64,000 nucleotides of DNA, taken from the NCBI RefSeq assembly GCF_964204865.1, contig NC_135252.1, positions 18,042,001 through 18,106,000 of the forward strand. The letters are read 5' to 3'. This stretch comes from Styela clava. Taxonomy: Eukaryota. The notes under the pieces are model-generated. The model searched no databases and had not been told where the DNA came from. It was given only the letters and a program-made list of their open reading frames with translations. Below are positions 48,401 through 62,279 of this stretch, piece after piece. Numbering within the stretch: the first letter of the stretch is position 1; every line of letters starts with the position of its first letter. Position numbers and translations under genes: made by a program.

Positions 48401-51400
48401 TTATTTTTTGTTATAAAATTGTATTTATATATGTATGCATTTTATGTGAAACTTCATTGCTAACCTCACCTTGTATATTAAGGATACCTGAAACCGAATG
48501 AAGAATTTGTCCAACTGTATTTGATGCGAAACATTTGTATTGTCCTTCGTCTGCAATTGTCAATTGTTTTAGATCCAAAACTAATTTTTGCCCGTTTTTG
48601 AACTGATTATTCAATGGTGTCGAAGTAAGCACAATGTTTCCTTTCATCCATTTAACGGTGGGTGGTGGATACCCAGATACCATGCACGATATTTCTTTTT
48701 TGCCAGTATAGGAAGTTACAATGAAGTTAGTTTGTGATAACTGCATATCGTGCGGTCCAGCTGAAAATTTATATAGATGATACATTTATATATTTCAAAA
48801 ATTTAAATAAGATGGAGTAAACTGCTAATTTAATGTAACGAATTTCATCTGCAATACATCTTGATTGAAGTTTCGATAATTTGTTCTATTTTACCTTGTT
48901 CGCAAATGTAGTAATGCTTGTTAGTACAATATGTGGTTCTTGATATGTAATCACTCAATGAAAATGAATAGCAAGTAGAACCTGTGTTTTCTAACCAGAG
49001 TTTATCATCAGGTCTGAAACGACTAAAAATCATAAATTAAAAAAATTAAATACGTTTTGTTTCATTTGGCCCAATATTCAATTTCGATATTTACTAACTT
49101 GGAATTCAAAATGGTCTTGATAAGACCTTTCGTTGTCGATGTCAATTTCAAAATTCGAGATTGGAGTTTATAGCATTCTATTCGAGCTGTTTCATAAGTA
49201 ACTTTAGGGTGAGGACTTCCAATTGCAGTCAGTCTGTATATTCTCGAGGAAATTGTAAAGGGAATCGCTAAATCGAAACAGTATAAAAATGTAGACAAAT
49301 GGTTGTTGGTTCATGCTTTGGTTTATAAAAAACACAACAGGTTCTACAGAGTTTAGCTTTAGACTCATTAGACTCACTATAAGCCTCGCCAAACATTTTG
49401 CTTCCATAAATTATTTTAATTTATTACAAATTTATGGGTTTATGGTGATTATATGATAATATATTAGATAAAGAATCATGTAATCTTTTAATCACAATTA
49501 TTATTATATATAAGCATTATATCCTATACAAAGATATATAAGTTCAATTTACCCCTGCCGTTCTTTATATCGAGCATTAATATAAAATCAAAATACATTC
49601 TTACTAATACTAATGCTAGTACAATGAAGGCAATGAGTATGCCGGGCATCACAATAGTAATTGTAAACTATTCATAAGTTGTGGAATTTTATTTGGCAAC
49701 AATTTCATAGGAACATAAATATTTAAAGAGTTTCATTCAAATATTGCTCTTATGGCTGGATGATAGACTTTTTCAAATTAAGTATTTTGGTAAAAATAAT
49801 AAGATTGTGAAACCAATTGACCATTGACTAAAGAAAAAAGAAATTCTTGATGGGATAAATACTCTAATAAAGTTATTGAAGATATTCCGGTTTATTTGCA
49901 AATTAAACAAAAGTGAAACGAAAGTGGTTGTTAAAACTTTTATATATATATATATCGTGATAAACTTTGTTAATCGTAACAAACATTTATATATTTATGA
50001 TTGGTTTGCTGACCTTCCATGCATATAACTCCTTTTTGGTGGTTTGATCCAAAATCATAAAAATTTCCTTTATTGCTAATGACGAGATAATTTTCACTTC
50101 TTCCCCCACTTGGTTCTCCTGGACTCCTACAAAGTATCAAAGCGTGAAATAACAAATTGAAGTATTTTTAATAATAAATTTTGAATAAAACTTTCGCAAA
50201 AATTAATCCTGCGTGAATGCCCGTTACAATTATGTTCTTACTACCTATGACCGACCTTCATTATTTGAAAATATTTTATTTACGAATAAAATTTTGCACA
50301 ATATAGTCAGGCTGAAAACCGAATTGCGTAAGTCACTCTTTGGGGGTTTTGAGTTTTTTATAAAAGAGTTATTTATGTAGAGCAGCTAATCTGTCAGTTG
50401 ACTCAGATTTCATCCCAAAGCGCATAAAAATGGAGATTTAGGTGACATGCTCATTATTGCCATTGTAATGGTTTACCATGCGACTACAAGAGCAAACCAA
50501 CATCGGTGGAGTATTTTTTTTTTGAGTTTTTACATCGTAGATTCGAGCTTATAAATTCGAATTCTAGTTTATACATTTGAACTTACTCTACAGTCTACAG
50601 CGTAGAGAAGTGGGCACTTGAAATATCCACTTTCTCGTACCACTTCATGTTGTTTGTGTTTTATTTGAGATGCATCGCTATTTTATTCTTTATATTTAAT
50701 ATTTATGGAAAGGTATTTTTGGTGGGTGTGCAGAGCGCGTTATATGGATAATATATAGCGTTATATTAAAAAATAATGTTATTAGACAGATATGCTGTTT
50801 TGGGATTAGACATTGTAGATACTGTAAATTACATACGTTCCGAATGTTTGGATTTCAGGAAAGATGGTGCGTATGTCCCCAAGGCACATTAATGCGTAAG
50901 TCACAGTGCGCTAATATGACGTCACATGTCTGCGTCATACAAATTACGGTAATTTAAATCCGGCTACGACTAAAAAATTGAACCATGGGAAATTATTTAG
51001 TCTCAATACCGTAACAACATTATTATGAATCTTTTTATGTTTTTTTCAAAACTGTTTAAAATGACTTATGTAATTTGGTTATTAGCGTGACGATATATTT
51101 TTAACAGTGAGTTTTTATGAAATAAAACTGTTTACCATGAAGTAATCGATGCTGATGATCCATCCATCCATTTCCAATGTCCTTCAGAGGCTTCATCTGT
51201 TGCTCCAACCCAATAAGCGGATCCAGAACTACAACATATTGAATTTTCCTATTATATGTATGTCATTGATATTAAAACGCCGAATGTAATAAAAATTATA
51301 TATTATAACAACTTTTTTCTATTAATTTCGAAGAATTTTAAACGAGGAGATTCTCAATATATTGATGCAATAATTCAAATATAAAATTAAGCATCTTTAT

Positions 51401-52986
51401 TTAAGTGTCTCCAGTGAACTCCCATCCTTGCTAAGCTTACAACTAAACATTTTCAATAAAGCATTAACAATTTTACTTATTCGTTTTAATTGACACAACA
51501 TAATTATTTTAATTATTGAACACGGACTGGCATATGGGTCGTTTTGTTATTATGTTGTTGTTGTTCTTTTTGTAACTAGTATTTTTGAACTACTGGATCA
51601 ATTGCTTTGAAATTGTAAGTAGTTATAGATTGTATTTTTCGCTAAAAGGCTATTACTTTTGTTTATTTCCGTACTACTACATTTCCATATATTTGAGCAT
51701 TGCTCTCATGTTTATTGTATTGCAGACTTGCCTGGAGGTTAGGTATGTGTACATTAATATAGGATTCTAATATGAAAGGCCAACGTCAACGTCTGTAGTG
51801 AAGATACACAATAAAACGCTTCAGCATCGCCAGAAACTGTCCGAAGTATAAATTGCGTCGATTTAAAAATGTTGAGTCATAGCTTTGAAAAATTGCCATG
51901 AATTATTTACAACCAAACGTGTAGTTAATTGGGAATTTCATTGTAACGGCACATATTGACTTACTTAAGGCTTTTTACGCATATTCACGTTGAAAAAATA
52001 ACATTTGTGGAATTAGGACGCCCCCGTGCAATAATAATTTAGGTGTGACGTTTTCAGCTTGTCAAGTTCAGTGTTGAATTTGTAAATTAGGTATATACAT
52101 ACATTTGTGAATTCTCCCTAACGATTTAAGCTATAATAATGATTGTGGTGTTGTTTTGTTGGAAAATAAAATGAGAAAACGATAGAACAGAAAATATTTA
52201 ATTAAAATTAACTACTAGACACAATAACACTCAAGTTCAAGGTTATTTTCTACAAATTTTGGGGCATTAGCCTAGGTCGCATATCCGAAGTATTATTCAA
52301 AAAAGCGCGCTCTAGCGACATCCCACGGGCTATAGCTCTAGCGTACGCAATTAAAAAGGCATGAGTGACGTTTTAGGGCCTAATGGTTGATGAGAAAACA
52401 ATTTGAAACTGACCGTACAAAATGACCTCAGAATGGTTGATAGGAATACTGCCAAACTTTACTAACACTGTTAAAGAGAACGAAGATAAGAGTAAACATT
52501 GAATAAATCATCACCCCCTGATTGTGTTGAGAACGTCATTTTTTATAGAGCTATCATCGAGTTGAACAAGACTTGATCCGCTTCCACACAAGGATTTTGC
52601 TCCTGACCAGGAATACGCAGTGTTGTAAAAAGTTAGTTTATAGAAGGGTCGGGTTACTGTCTTCCAAACTCCTAAAAAATAACAATCATTCATCACATAC
52701 ATTATCTGTAAATTGTGTAAGTTTTCGGGAATCGTATAGCATTATAGGTAACTTACTATGTTACTACCTTAAGCAAAACTACAAATTCAAAAGTATAACA
52801 TGTCAGTTGTATTTTAACATGATTTACTGAATACTTAGTAAAATGTGACATTGCCTAATGCAGACAACTTATTGTTACATATTATAACTATAAACACAAA
52901 AAAAGGTAAAAATATTCATTTCCAATACCTGAACTAGATGCTGCAAGGAATGTTAACAAAACAAAACAGCAATTACACCCGAACAT
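42268..52986 (-). CDS. Receptor B: paralog of receptor A, SP-CTLD-CTLD-Ig-FN3-FN3-RPTP-like juxtamembrane domain-TM-ITAM tail (17 exons, 802 aa)
   Basis: Exons: 52986-52929 (MFGCNCCFVLLTFLAASSS), 52671-52515, 51228-51136, 50126-50014 (EPS), 49267-49099, 49013-48895, 48760-48470 (Ig), 48237-48135, 47745-47625, 47511-47332, 46997-46790, 46529-46427, 44876-44745, 44345-44190, 43845-43760, 43136-42966 (TM), 42416-42268 (tail). All are GT-AG with the same phases as receptor A; total 2409 nt, open. Confidence 0.9.
45141..46407. mobile_element. hAT (Buster-type) MITE in intron 12 of receptor B
   Basis: TIRs caggggttctcaaa...tttgagaacctatg, a perfect 8-bp TSD aattagat and cggagccc subterminal repeats. 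Absent from receptor A (~19660). Confidence 0.9.
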
Positions 52987-53477
52987 CTTACTTGGGTCAA
53001 ATAGCCTTTATTAGGAAAAATACGTCATATCTGAAATAAATTTTTCAAAATGGAAGTCACTGTATATAATTTCAATTTGCTATTAACATCAACACCTAAA
53101 ATCTACATTAGCAAATCGTGACTACAATATAATTATATGCTGCGACTACATATAATACTGAACACTAAATATCCCTCATTATACGTATATGTTTCACACC
53201 CCACGCAACTGATTTGACAACACTAAGGTATTCCTTGCGAAGTATGCATACGTGAGTGTACGTATATTTACATCAATATTAGCTATTTCAATCACAACAT
53301 TATTATGATTAATATAACAAGTTAGATGTATATAGGATATTTGAATGGCCAAATGGTGGAGCATCGTGTTTTGTAATATTTACGTTGCCCTAGTAATTAC
53401 ACTTATTAGGAAATTCCAGTCAATTTAATATATTATCATTTATCATTTTTCGACATTTAAAATTCATGTTTGAACAA

Positions 53478-54171
53478 TAGGGCTGGGAATGGTTAACCGG
53501 TTAATCGATTAACCGATTTTAGATGGTTAACGGTTACAATATATTTTAACCGTTAACTGGCATCTCCGGTACAAATCATCTTTATAATGTACAGTTCTTT
53601 CAATATTGATTAGGTCATCGCAAATTTATCTCCTGTGGCGTTTAATTCAAAGGAATATCGCTAACTTTGTTGGTAAGGACCCAATAAATGTAAAAAATAA
53701 ATAGTACCAACTTACCAAGTACCAAGATTGCTAATTATCAAAATTTGACAATAAATAAGTATGAATCCGTTTTCGGTCGAAATATATTGTTCACGATTTT
53801 ATTTCAAAATCTTATATTCAATGTCAACCAACAAGTGCGTAGTTGATGCTGTTTTTCTTTATATATCTCAAAGTAGATTCTGCACATCTAACACTAAAAA
53901 TTTGTCAAATAAATGACATGGAATAACGGAATCGGGTTTTACTAAAATGCATCCATATTTCCTAACCACGCTGCATAACTCTTGCAGCAGAGCGATCACG
54001 TAACTATATCGATTCGTGAACAATTTTGAGCGATATCGGGATAAGGTTACGCAAAATTGCTTTGTTATCATTGTGACGTAACAAGTTAAAATTTTAAATT
54101 AATATGTGAAACGTCACGCTGCCGTTAACCGGCTAACAGTTAAAGTGTTTTCTCTAGAATTACCAGCCCTA
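53478..54171 (-). mobile_element. hAT MITE family A, about 490 bp upstream of the receptor B ATG
   Basis: Reverse-complement copy of 6916-7608 with TSD ttgaacaa/ttgaacta. The site is empty in the inverted paralog (~63770). Confidence 0.9.
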
Positions 54172-54954
54172 TTGAACTAGCATGTAAAGAAATTATAGTT
54201 TGGTAGACTAGAGCAGTAGGTCTAGCATAGGGTGCCTAGTACAAGGCTACATTTATTGAAATCGTTGTTTTTTGTGTTTCCTTCCTAAACATAGTCAAAC
54301 ATATTAGTGATAGAATGCATTGATAACTTTGAATTAAAAATAAAGTGCTATTTGATGAAACTGCTCTCATCAAAACTGGTGGAATTGATAAAAGCATTGT
54401 AAAGTTATTCGAAATTTTTAAAGTTGAAAATTGCAAACAAGGAGAATAAACAGCTTTCGAGTGAAATAGAATAGTATTGCAATTTCTCTTGAGTAAGTCG
54501 GTAATGTTATACAGGTGCACATAAAATTCATGCGTCAAGATTTTCTTTAAGGTTGGGAATAAACACGTACTATAATTGTTTCAAACGAACTCTAAAAAAC
54601 TAATTTTTATTCCAATACAAAATAATTTATTTTACTAAAGTGATATAAACATTACCTGCAAATAAGGGTGCGCTTTAATTGGGTTGCATAGGTAGTGCTT
54701 ATTGCGGAAATACCCTCAGATGTCGAGAAGAGTTTATAAATTCATCGTTACGCTTTCGACATTCTTGAAAAATATTATTTTCATTTCAATGCAGATGATT
54801 GATTTCACTAAAAATATATAAACATCGCCTGTAAATTAGGACCTGCGCTTTAATTGAGCTGCATGGATAGTGCTTCGTTTATAATGTTCTTGAAAGATAT
54901 TATTCTATTGGTAAAGCTGGCAACTCTAACTTGCCTCTAACTTACCTATTAGGA

Positions 54955-55225
54955 CAGGGGTGGGCAACTTCTCTAGTCGGCGGGCCAGATGTGGGAAAAT
55001 GAGGTCCTCGGTGGGCTGGATTATAACAAAAAATACTTCGGTATCCAATCTTTGTTAAATGCTCCACACTCTCTGTCAACTTTACGTTTCTTGGGATATT
55101 CCATGGTTAATAAAACTTAATATAAATTCTAAATTCTAAAATCTAGTTATATTTAAGATCTAAAGGCCGGTCAAAATCTCGTCGCGGGCCGGACGCGGCC
55201 CGCGGCCATATGTTGCCCACCCCTG
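54955..55225. mobile_element. hAT MITE
   Basis: TIRs caggggtgggcaac...gttgcccacccctg, imperfect TSD tattagga/ctttagga and gcgggcc subterminal motifs. Confidence 0.8.
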
Positions 55226-57636
55226 CTTTAGGACAATGTTACACAAAGTGTTCGATATTATCGCCGATCGCTATTTTTGGGCATGACGTAGCATGACTCG
55301 ACTCCTTTCCCAGATTGTGACTTTCCTAACGGCCATATCTTACAAATATTCATAAGTAATACTGTTTCAAGAACAGCTTAAATCTAAATATAATCCAGGT
55401 ATTTTATGTGAACAGATTTCTGTAGTATTTCAGAGTAGTAATCTTTGACTTTATTTTAATAAATTGTACCCATAGGACTTCGTCGCTGACCTTGAGATTT
55501 TGCTAACGACGATATCTTAAAAAAGTCTTCAACGGCTCAAAATTAAAAAATTACCAAGATTGAAAAACTCCAATCATAATCGGGCATAAAAATCTTGGTG
55601 TTTTATGTACGCATATTTTAGTATTTTTTAGAAGGGATACTTTCATATGTCGTATAAGTCAGCAATTTTAACGAATGGCGTAATCGACGACTGTTTCAAT
55701 CCGAATTTACGTTTTCTAATACAAAATGAAATTTAATGAAAATATAGTGTGGTGAAAGTCATTTGGCATTTTTGACGAAGTAGCATTGTTGATTCTTTCA
55801 TTTCTAACATCTTATTTTGTAGGATGGAATCATAAAATCAAAGAATACGATTTAAATTTGTACCGGAGTAAGATGTCTTCAAATATTAAAAAGTCTTGTT
55901 GAAATTCATTCATCTTATAAAAACATCATGCGTTATGGTTAGTCCACTCCGTTTGTTCAATTATTTGATTTGCAAGTAATTTGTTTCTAACCTCATGCTT
56001 TACTGTAATGCTAGGGTGCGATAATAAGAAAAAAAGTACTGCAATGGAGCTATGGTACAAAAAAGTTTGAGAACCCTAGATATCTCAATGGATGACTTGA
56101 AATCAATATAATGAATGTGAATATAATCATTGACGCCTCTAAGAACAAACACGCTTATTTGCCCGAAGGGTTCAACTAATTACTTATGCCTTATGGCAAT
56201 GTTCATATGCAGGGTCTGTTTATAATTTCGATAAGTTGAAATGTAGGAATATGGTATTTATTTCAGCACTTATAGATGACTTAAAATAGTCAATTGTTTT
56301 GTTTTTCTATGACAACATTCGTGATCTCGACTCTCCAGTGTTGGAAATTATTTCTAATGGATAAAATGAAAAGTATATTAGTGTATAGAAAAAATAAAGC
56401 CACCAAGCCCCACAAGATATTCTCAAAGGTCTTATGTTGGGTGTTCACACGTGTATCAAGAATTAATTTTGACAAGGTCGATTCGAAACTTTATAATATT
56501 CTACAAATCATTGTTTTCATCATTGATAGGAAAATTTCCAACATCACCTTGAATTTGCTCAACTACTCAGTAGTTCATTGCAGGGAAGATATGGCCCTCT
56601 TTTGCGTGTTGTTATCACCGTACTATCTAAACGTATTCAGCGGAATATTTCCGACTTTACGTTCTTCAGAGTTCCATAAACACCTAATATCTGCCAATGC
56701 CTATATATTGTAAGTTGCACAATAGATTTGAATAGTTTCAATCAACAGATAATGTAATTAAAGTTAAGTTTTAATTAAGTATTGATGCAAGTATGCGGAG
56801 TGAATATCAAATCAGCACTCCTTAAAAAGTATTTAAAAAAACAGGGAACACGTCTTCAATTTTATCGCATTCAACAAAACGCTTGCATGAAAAAGATGTA
56901 TCTAACATAGGAAATAGATTTGCACTCGAAATATCTTTGTCGATGTTCACATGTTCAAGTCTTCATACCTTCGATCGGATCTCAGTAAACACACAACATT
57001 TGTCAATATCGATACATTGTAAAGTTGCTCAATAAAATGGAACAGTTTCAAGTAATTAATGATGAAATTGAATTTAAATCATAAAGCAAATATACAAAAA
57101 CTTAAGATCAAGTTAATATTATAAAAGTCAGGAAACAAGTCTGCAATATAACTGCATACATGAAACGCTTGCAAGAATCGTTGTAACTATAACTGACATA
57201 AGAAATATATATTCGTACTCAGTAAAGTTAAATTTTGCCAATGTTCACACGATCAAATGAATGTTCAATTGCTGACGTTTTCGTCATTTGAGTCGTTAAC
57301 TATACAATTGTTCCAGACCTCAAATGGCTATATTGATAATTATTAATGGTAGCTTGGGCCTCTCAACAGAATTTGAACACACTCATATTATACCTATTTA
57401 TTATAAAACAATATCTACTTAAAATAGCCAAATTCAAAAGTGTATGAGTTATCTTGTAGTGATAATAAAACACCATGTTTTACACTTTATTTCAGAATAT
57501 TTAGTATTTCCCGAAATGCGCACTGCTTTTTTGTCAGGTGTTAAAGGGGTTATATTATTATTGATGAAGAACGTGGAACCTAAACAATTATTGAATTTTC
57601 TCTAAATATAACTGATATATTGCATTACATTAACTC

Positions 57637-59662
57637 TCATGAAACAGTCTCATACTGGCCAACTATTATCTCGCATGAATTGCATTCTAGAAGATCGGTG
57701 ATGTCCTCGTAACCATATGATTGCTGAAGCAATCGTTTCATAAGTGTTGATTGGCGTATTAGGCTGATGTTGTGTATCTGTAGTACTTTGTAATATAATT
57801 TAATACTCAAACATGTTATTTCCATCAATAATCTAATATTTCCAATTTAATGTTTTACTTATAAATAACCTGGCAATTGTCCTATATTAACATTAATTTA
57901 ACAGAATAAAGTGGAAAAACATATTATAGAATTGGCAGATTTTTTTTATAATACAAATGCACTAGTATAAATATCGGTTCAAAAAGTCTAGCTGTATATG
58001 TAAAAGAATTTGAAATTTCATACGATGTTCTTTCAAAAACATTACTCATGTTTTCTGTTATTCAGATCAATTTTGTAAATATATGATCAATGGACACAAG
58101 AAACGACATCGTTATGAGTTATTTAGGCATTCTTACCTGTTGACACATGTTCTATATTGTTTTTTGAAACATTAGGTGAAATGCTTGGTATTGTACCATT
58201 CTCTCTGCTTTTTTTCAATATTGCGATGTCTGAAATAATATACTGATCCAACAACATACAGCAATGCTAGAACTAACGCCCCTGGGATTATTCCTGTATA
58301 AAAACTAGTAAAAAGTAACTGTTGAATGTCAAAATAAAATTTTAAAATATTTCTGAAGTTGCTAAAATAAATCGTCTATTATGCATATTAACATTCCAAC
58401 AATAGCTAACAATCTAAAAAAAATACATTTTTAAAGAGACTTCACCAAAAATATTATAACTTCAATTGGCCTAACAGTAATTTATCTGCCATATAGCCAC
58501 GCGGAGAAATATTCGCCATTGTCAATTTATTGAGTCACATTTTGTGCTGTAATCTAATTACACCGAGTACGACGATGTGCGGGAAAGATAAAACATTAAA
58601 CCTTTCAAATTTAATTTTATTGCTATCTGCAACAATTTCCTCGATTGAATTGTACAAAATTGAATATTTACTCGGAATTGACGCTACAAGAAATATCCAG
58701 CGAAATATAATAAAGTTGAATATACAGAGTGTCTCAAAAATAAGTATACATTTTCAAATTTGCATTACAATCTAATAGCTTATTCAAATTTGTTATAAGT
58801 TTGAAAAATATTCTATAAACCTTTGGAAACAGATTATCATCTTTATATCTCTTTGAATTTATTTATTGACAGTTTATTAGACCGCAACGTGGGAACTTCA
58901 ATTTCGAGACATTTCAGCCACATTTTGGCGCATTCTTGTTCTACACTTTGCAATAAATCTTGTGTACCTAGTCCACATGTTGCTCTAATTTTTTATTCCA
59001 ACTCTTCAAGGTTTTGAGGTCGTGTGGAGTAAACTTTATTTTCAAGGAAACCCCAAAGAAAAAAGTCAGTGAAAGGTTAAGTCAAGTGAACGAGCAGCCC
59101 ATTTCAGAGGACCTCTGCACCCGATCCACCTATCGGGAAAAAAACTGATTTAAGTAATCTCTGACTTTCCTGGCGTAATGTGCAGTAGCTCCATCTTGCT
59201 GAAGTTACAGTTTTTGACCGAAGCATTATTTTTCAGCTCTGATAGGAAACATTTGGGAGCATTTCCAGATAGTTTTCTCCTGTGACAACTGTGGTTCTTC
59301 TGGCATCATCACGAAAAAAATAACGGCCTATGATGTCTTTAGCGAAAATTGCACACCACACAACAAGCTTCGGTGAATGACTGGAAATTAGTTGAAAGCC
59401 GCAAATACAATTTAGTATATAAAATGTCAAGTTAAAACATAATGCAGCTTCAGTTTTTTTAATCTATTTTTTGTGTGTTTACGTGACAAGTGTTTACTTC
59501 TGGGTACGAACAAAAGCTCGTATTTTGTGACAAGATATTAACAACTTGAAAGAAAGATACCTGTGTTCAATTCAACTCCACAAACATGTGGCTTCCAAGT
59601 ACCTAAGAAATTGAAATTGCAAGGTGACAAACTTATGTTGGTAAGTTATGGTTGACTTGGAA
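57637..59662 (-). pseudogene. Pseudogene D of the receptor family (FN3 exon 8, part of exon 15, TM exon, ITAM exon)
   Basis: Exon 8 (59561-59662) has an early TAA. The TM exon (~58137-58293) is frameshifted. The tail exon (~57637-57786) has a mutated acceptor and a +1 frameshift between YETI and YEDI. Confidence 0.85.
58725..59400 (-). mobile_element. Tc1/mariner (rosa/DD41D-like) transposase relic inserted in pseudogene D
   Basis: Minus-strand HSPKLVVWCAI..IIGRYFF..VTGENYLEML and QQDGATAHYARKVRDYLNQFFPDRWIG..WAARSLDLT..DFFLWG. One terminus is TA-CAGAGTGTCTCAAAA at ~58723. Confidence 0.8.
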
Positions 59663-60270
59663 CTGAAAGTATATGTAAAGTTGTATTCACCAGAGCTGTC
59701 ACATGGTTTCAAAGATTATGCTATCAAATGATAGTGGAGTAATAACGAATGAATGAAATACTAATTACTCACTACATACTAATATTTTAAATAAATAATT
59801 TAATCAATCGGTTTTATACCATTATTTTCGTATCGTCGTGTTTATTAGGTTATTGCTTTCCGTTGGTTGTACGTTGTATCAGATCGTTTTGTTATTATTA
59901 TTATCATTATGTTGTTGTTCTTATTCCTGTTGGTGTTCTTTTCCTCTTTTTCCTATGAATAGATCGCCTCTGTCTTTGATTACTGGACCAATTGCTTTAA
60001 AATTTTCAGTGTTTGAAGGCCAATCTATTCAATTATTACAAAAATTTCTGTAGGCCTTATGGGATTCGTTTTTTTGTGATGCATGACGTCATCAACAAAT
60101 AGGCGACTTGTGGCGGTTCTGGGTTGGCGTGGGTTAGTCGTGAGGATTACCGTACCGGTAGTCTACTGTGACAGATTGCATACCCGTACTACTTCGCTTT
60201 GATCTTCGTGTCCATATACTTGAGCATCGCTCTCTTGTTTTACAAACAATTGAATGCCGTCTTATTGTAG

Positions 60271-62184
60271 ATTCGGATTATGGATTCTTTCAACAGCAGC
60301 TAGTTTCAACCGAATAATGCCTCCATCAGTTTCAATGTCATAAGTCTACAACCGTCAACATCTTACATTATGGTAATTTCTAAGGCATATGTTTACTTGC
60401 TAATTTCGATGGACATCAGTCTATCTGCTGAAAATAGCTATGGCAATATATAAAGTAAAAACTTTGAAAACGTCAGTTTATATTTTCAATTTGAGCCATG
60501 TTTGACAACCCCGCCAACTTGCTTCCGCCATTATGCAACAACTACAAATGTAACCACTGGAGGTCTCCCCGACCCTGTTACCAAACCAAGCATGGAGATG
60601 ACTTTTGACGGTTCTTGCAATGTATCTTGGGCAACAGTAATAAATCCGGAATATATATACGCTGTCAAGGATTGTATACTGTCTACTGTGAGCGTGTGAA
60701 GCGTGTGTGACGTAAATACAATTACGAGACAATTCGATCAAGTTGTTTTATTTCAGTACAATTGTATCAGAATATACAATATATTGAACGCTATATTTAA
60801 ATTATACTCAATACCGAACATTAATGAAACACTATTCCCTGAATTGTTAAAATCATCATACCAATCATTTCATTTTAGTTATCAGTTCAAAAAGGGCTAT
60901 AGTGTCGTCATACCAGACGATAATAAATGACGTACAGCTATCATCTCAGAAGACCTTACATTTTCTTCCAATCAAGCAAAACTTGCGCAGGGTTTGGACC
61001 AGAGTCAGAAGCGGAGAACGGGAAATGTGTTACCGATACTCACGGTAATTCAGAATTTTTTTCAGAGTTTTTACAAATTTTCGTTTGTGAAATATTAGAT
61101 ATTTTGGAATATTGGAATTTTCAATTAACATTCCAGATGGAACAAATGGTTCTATAAGGTGATTTGGTTATATAATTGATGTTTCTCGATAAAGCTAAAA
61201 TGGTTTTTAACGTGGAGATGCAAATGGACGCTTCAAATAGGTCAACTTAAATATCAGGCCAGGCCTAAGTTGGCCATTGTGCAATCACGTTCCAATACAA
61301 GATTTGAAATGCCGGTTTTGAGTTCTTGGTAACCCAAAGTCAAGCTATACCAACCACCAGACCCAAAAAAAATTGCTAGGAACAAAAAAGCTAGAAAGTA
61401 CTTCTCTATTGTAATATAAATTCTTAAGATAGCAATTTTAATCAATGAATGCTGCAAATTTTATTAATCAACATGTTGTTATACACTATTAGTTGTTACT
61501 TTATCGTCGTTCGAGTAAATGAGAAAAGTAAAACGTTGTCTGGTTTCAACAACAATGCCCATATAAGTAAACTGAATAATTCAGAACTTAAAGATGAATA
61601 TATTGCAATAGCTTTGAACAAAACCAAGTATGATTCAGACATGAACTTTTGCATAAGAATATGATTATTATGTCCGAATTATGTATATATAGATTCATTG
61701 TGTGGAATATGGCTTCTGTTGCCAAAACATATAATCTGATCAGCGCCTTCTTTTATGTACAAAGTTGGCGTCAGCAGGCGTAACACAACAACAACACATA
61801 ATGATAGTTTGGTATCATATCCAGCATAAGGTAAAAAACAAAAAATCTGGGTGGGTTTGTTTTATATACAATATGATGAAATGCATTTGACTAAATACAT
61901 CATATAATACATACATCATATTCATGCATTAAAAGGCTGAATATTAAAAAAGCAACTCCTGGTAAACAGAAGCATGAATGACAAGCCGAACGTCCACGCC
62001 GAAATACTGTGTAATGCCATTTTTTTTATTCGTTTTAAAGCGTTGGGCAAAGCCGTGAGAAAATGAATCTGATTCTCGGAAGTCAATCAAAATTGAGTTG
62101 TGACATTACAGAGAAAAAGAAGATAATTTGAAAATTAGATATTGTTGCGTTCAACAAGAGATTGTCATTCGCTGAAACTCACAG
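60271..62184 (+). pseudogene. Pseudogene E: inverted relic of ectodomain exons 9-14
   Basis: Plus-strand homologs of exon 9 (60271-~60372, with a stop), 10 (EPCLTTPPTC..SCNVSW, donor lost), 11 (KTCAGFGP, deletions), 12 (partial), 13 (SCYFIVV..DEYIAIAL) and 14 (..NKRLSFAETHR). Confidence 0.85.
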
Positions 62185-62279
62185 GTACAAGAACTACAAT
62201 CTGCGTACATAAAAGTACATGGAATACCGCCCGATTATATTTAGAATTGATTCAGAATTTTGCGATCTTGGTAATTTGT

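Noticed and set aside
14428-52986. Receptors A and B as two haplotypes of one gene (assembly artefact)
   Set aside because: They differ by many amino-acid changes, diverged introns and distinct TE insertions, and a different pseudogene lies between them.
56294-56713. Longest unexplained ORF (139 aa)
   Set aside because: It lies in the duplicated non-coding 3' flank, and I saw no equivalent ORF or recognisable motifs in the paralogous copies.
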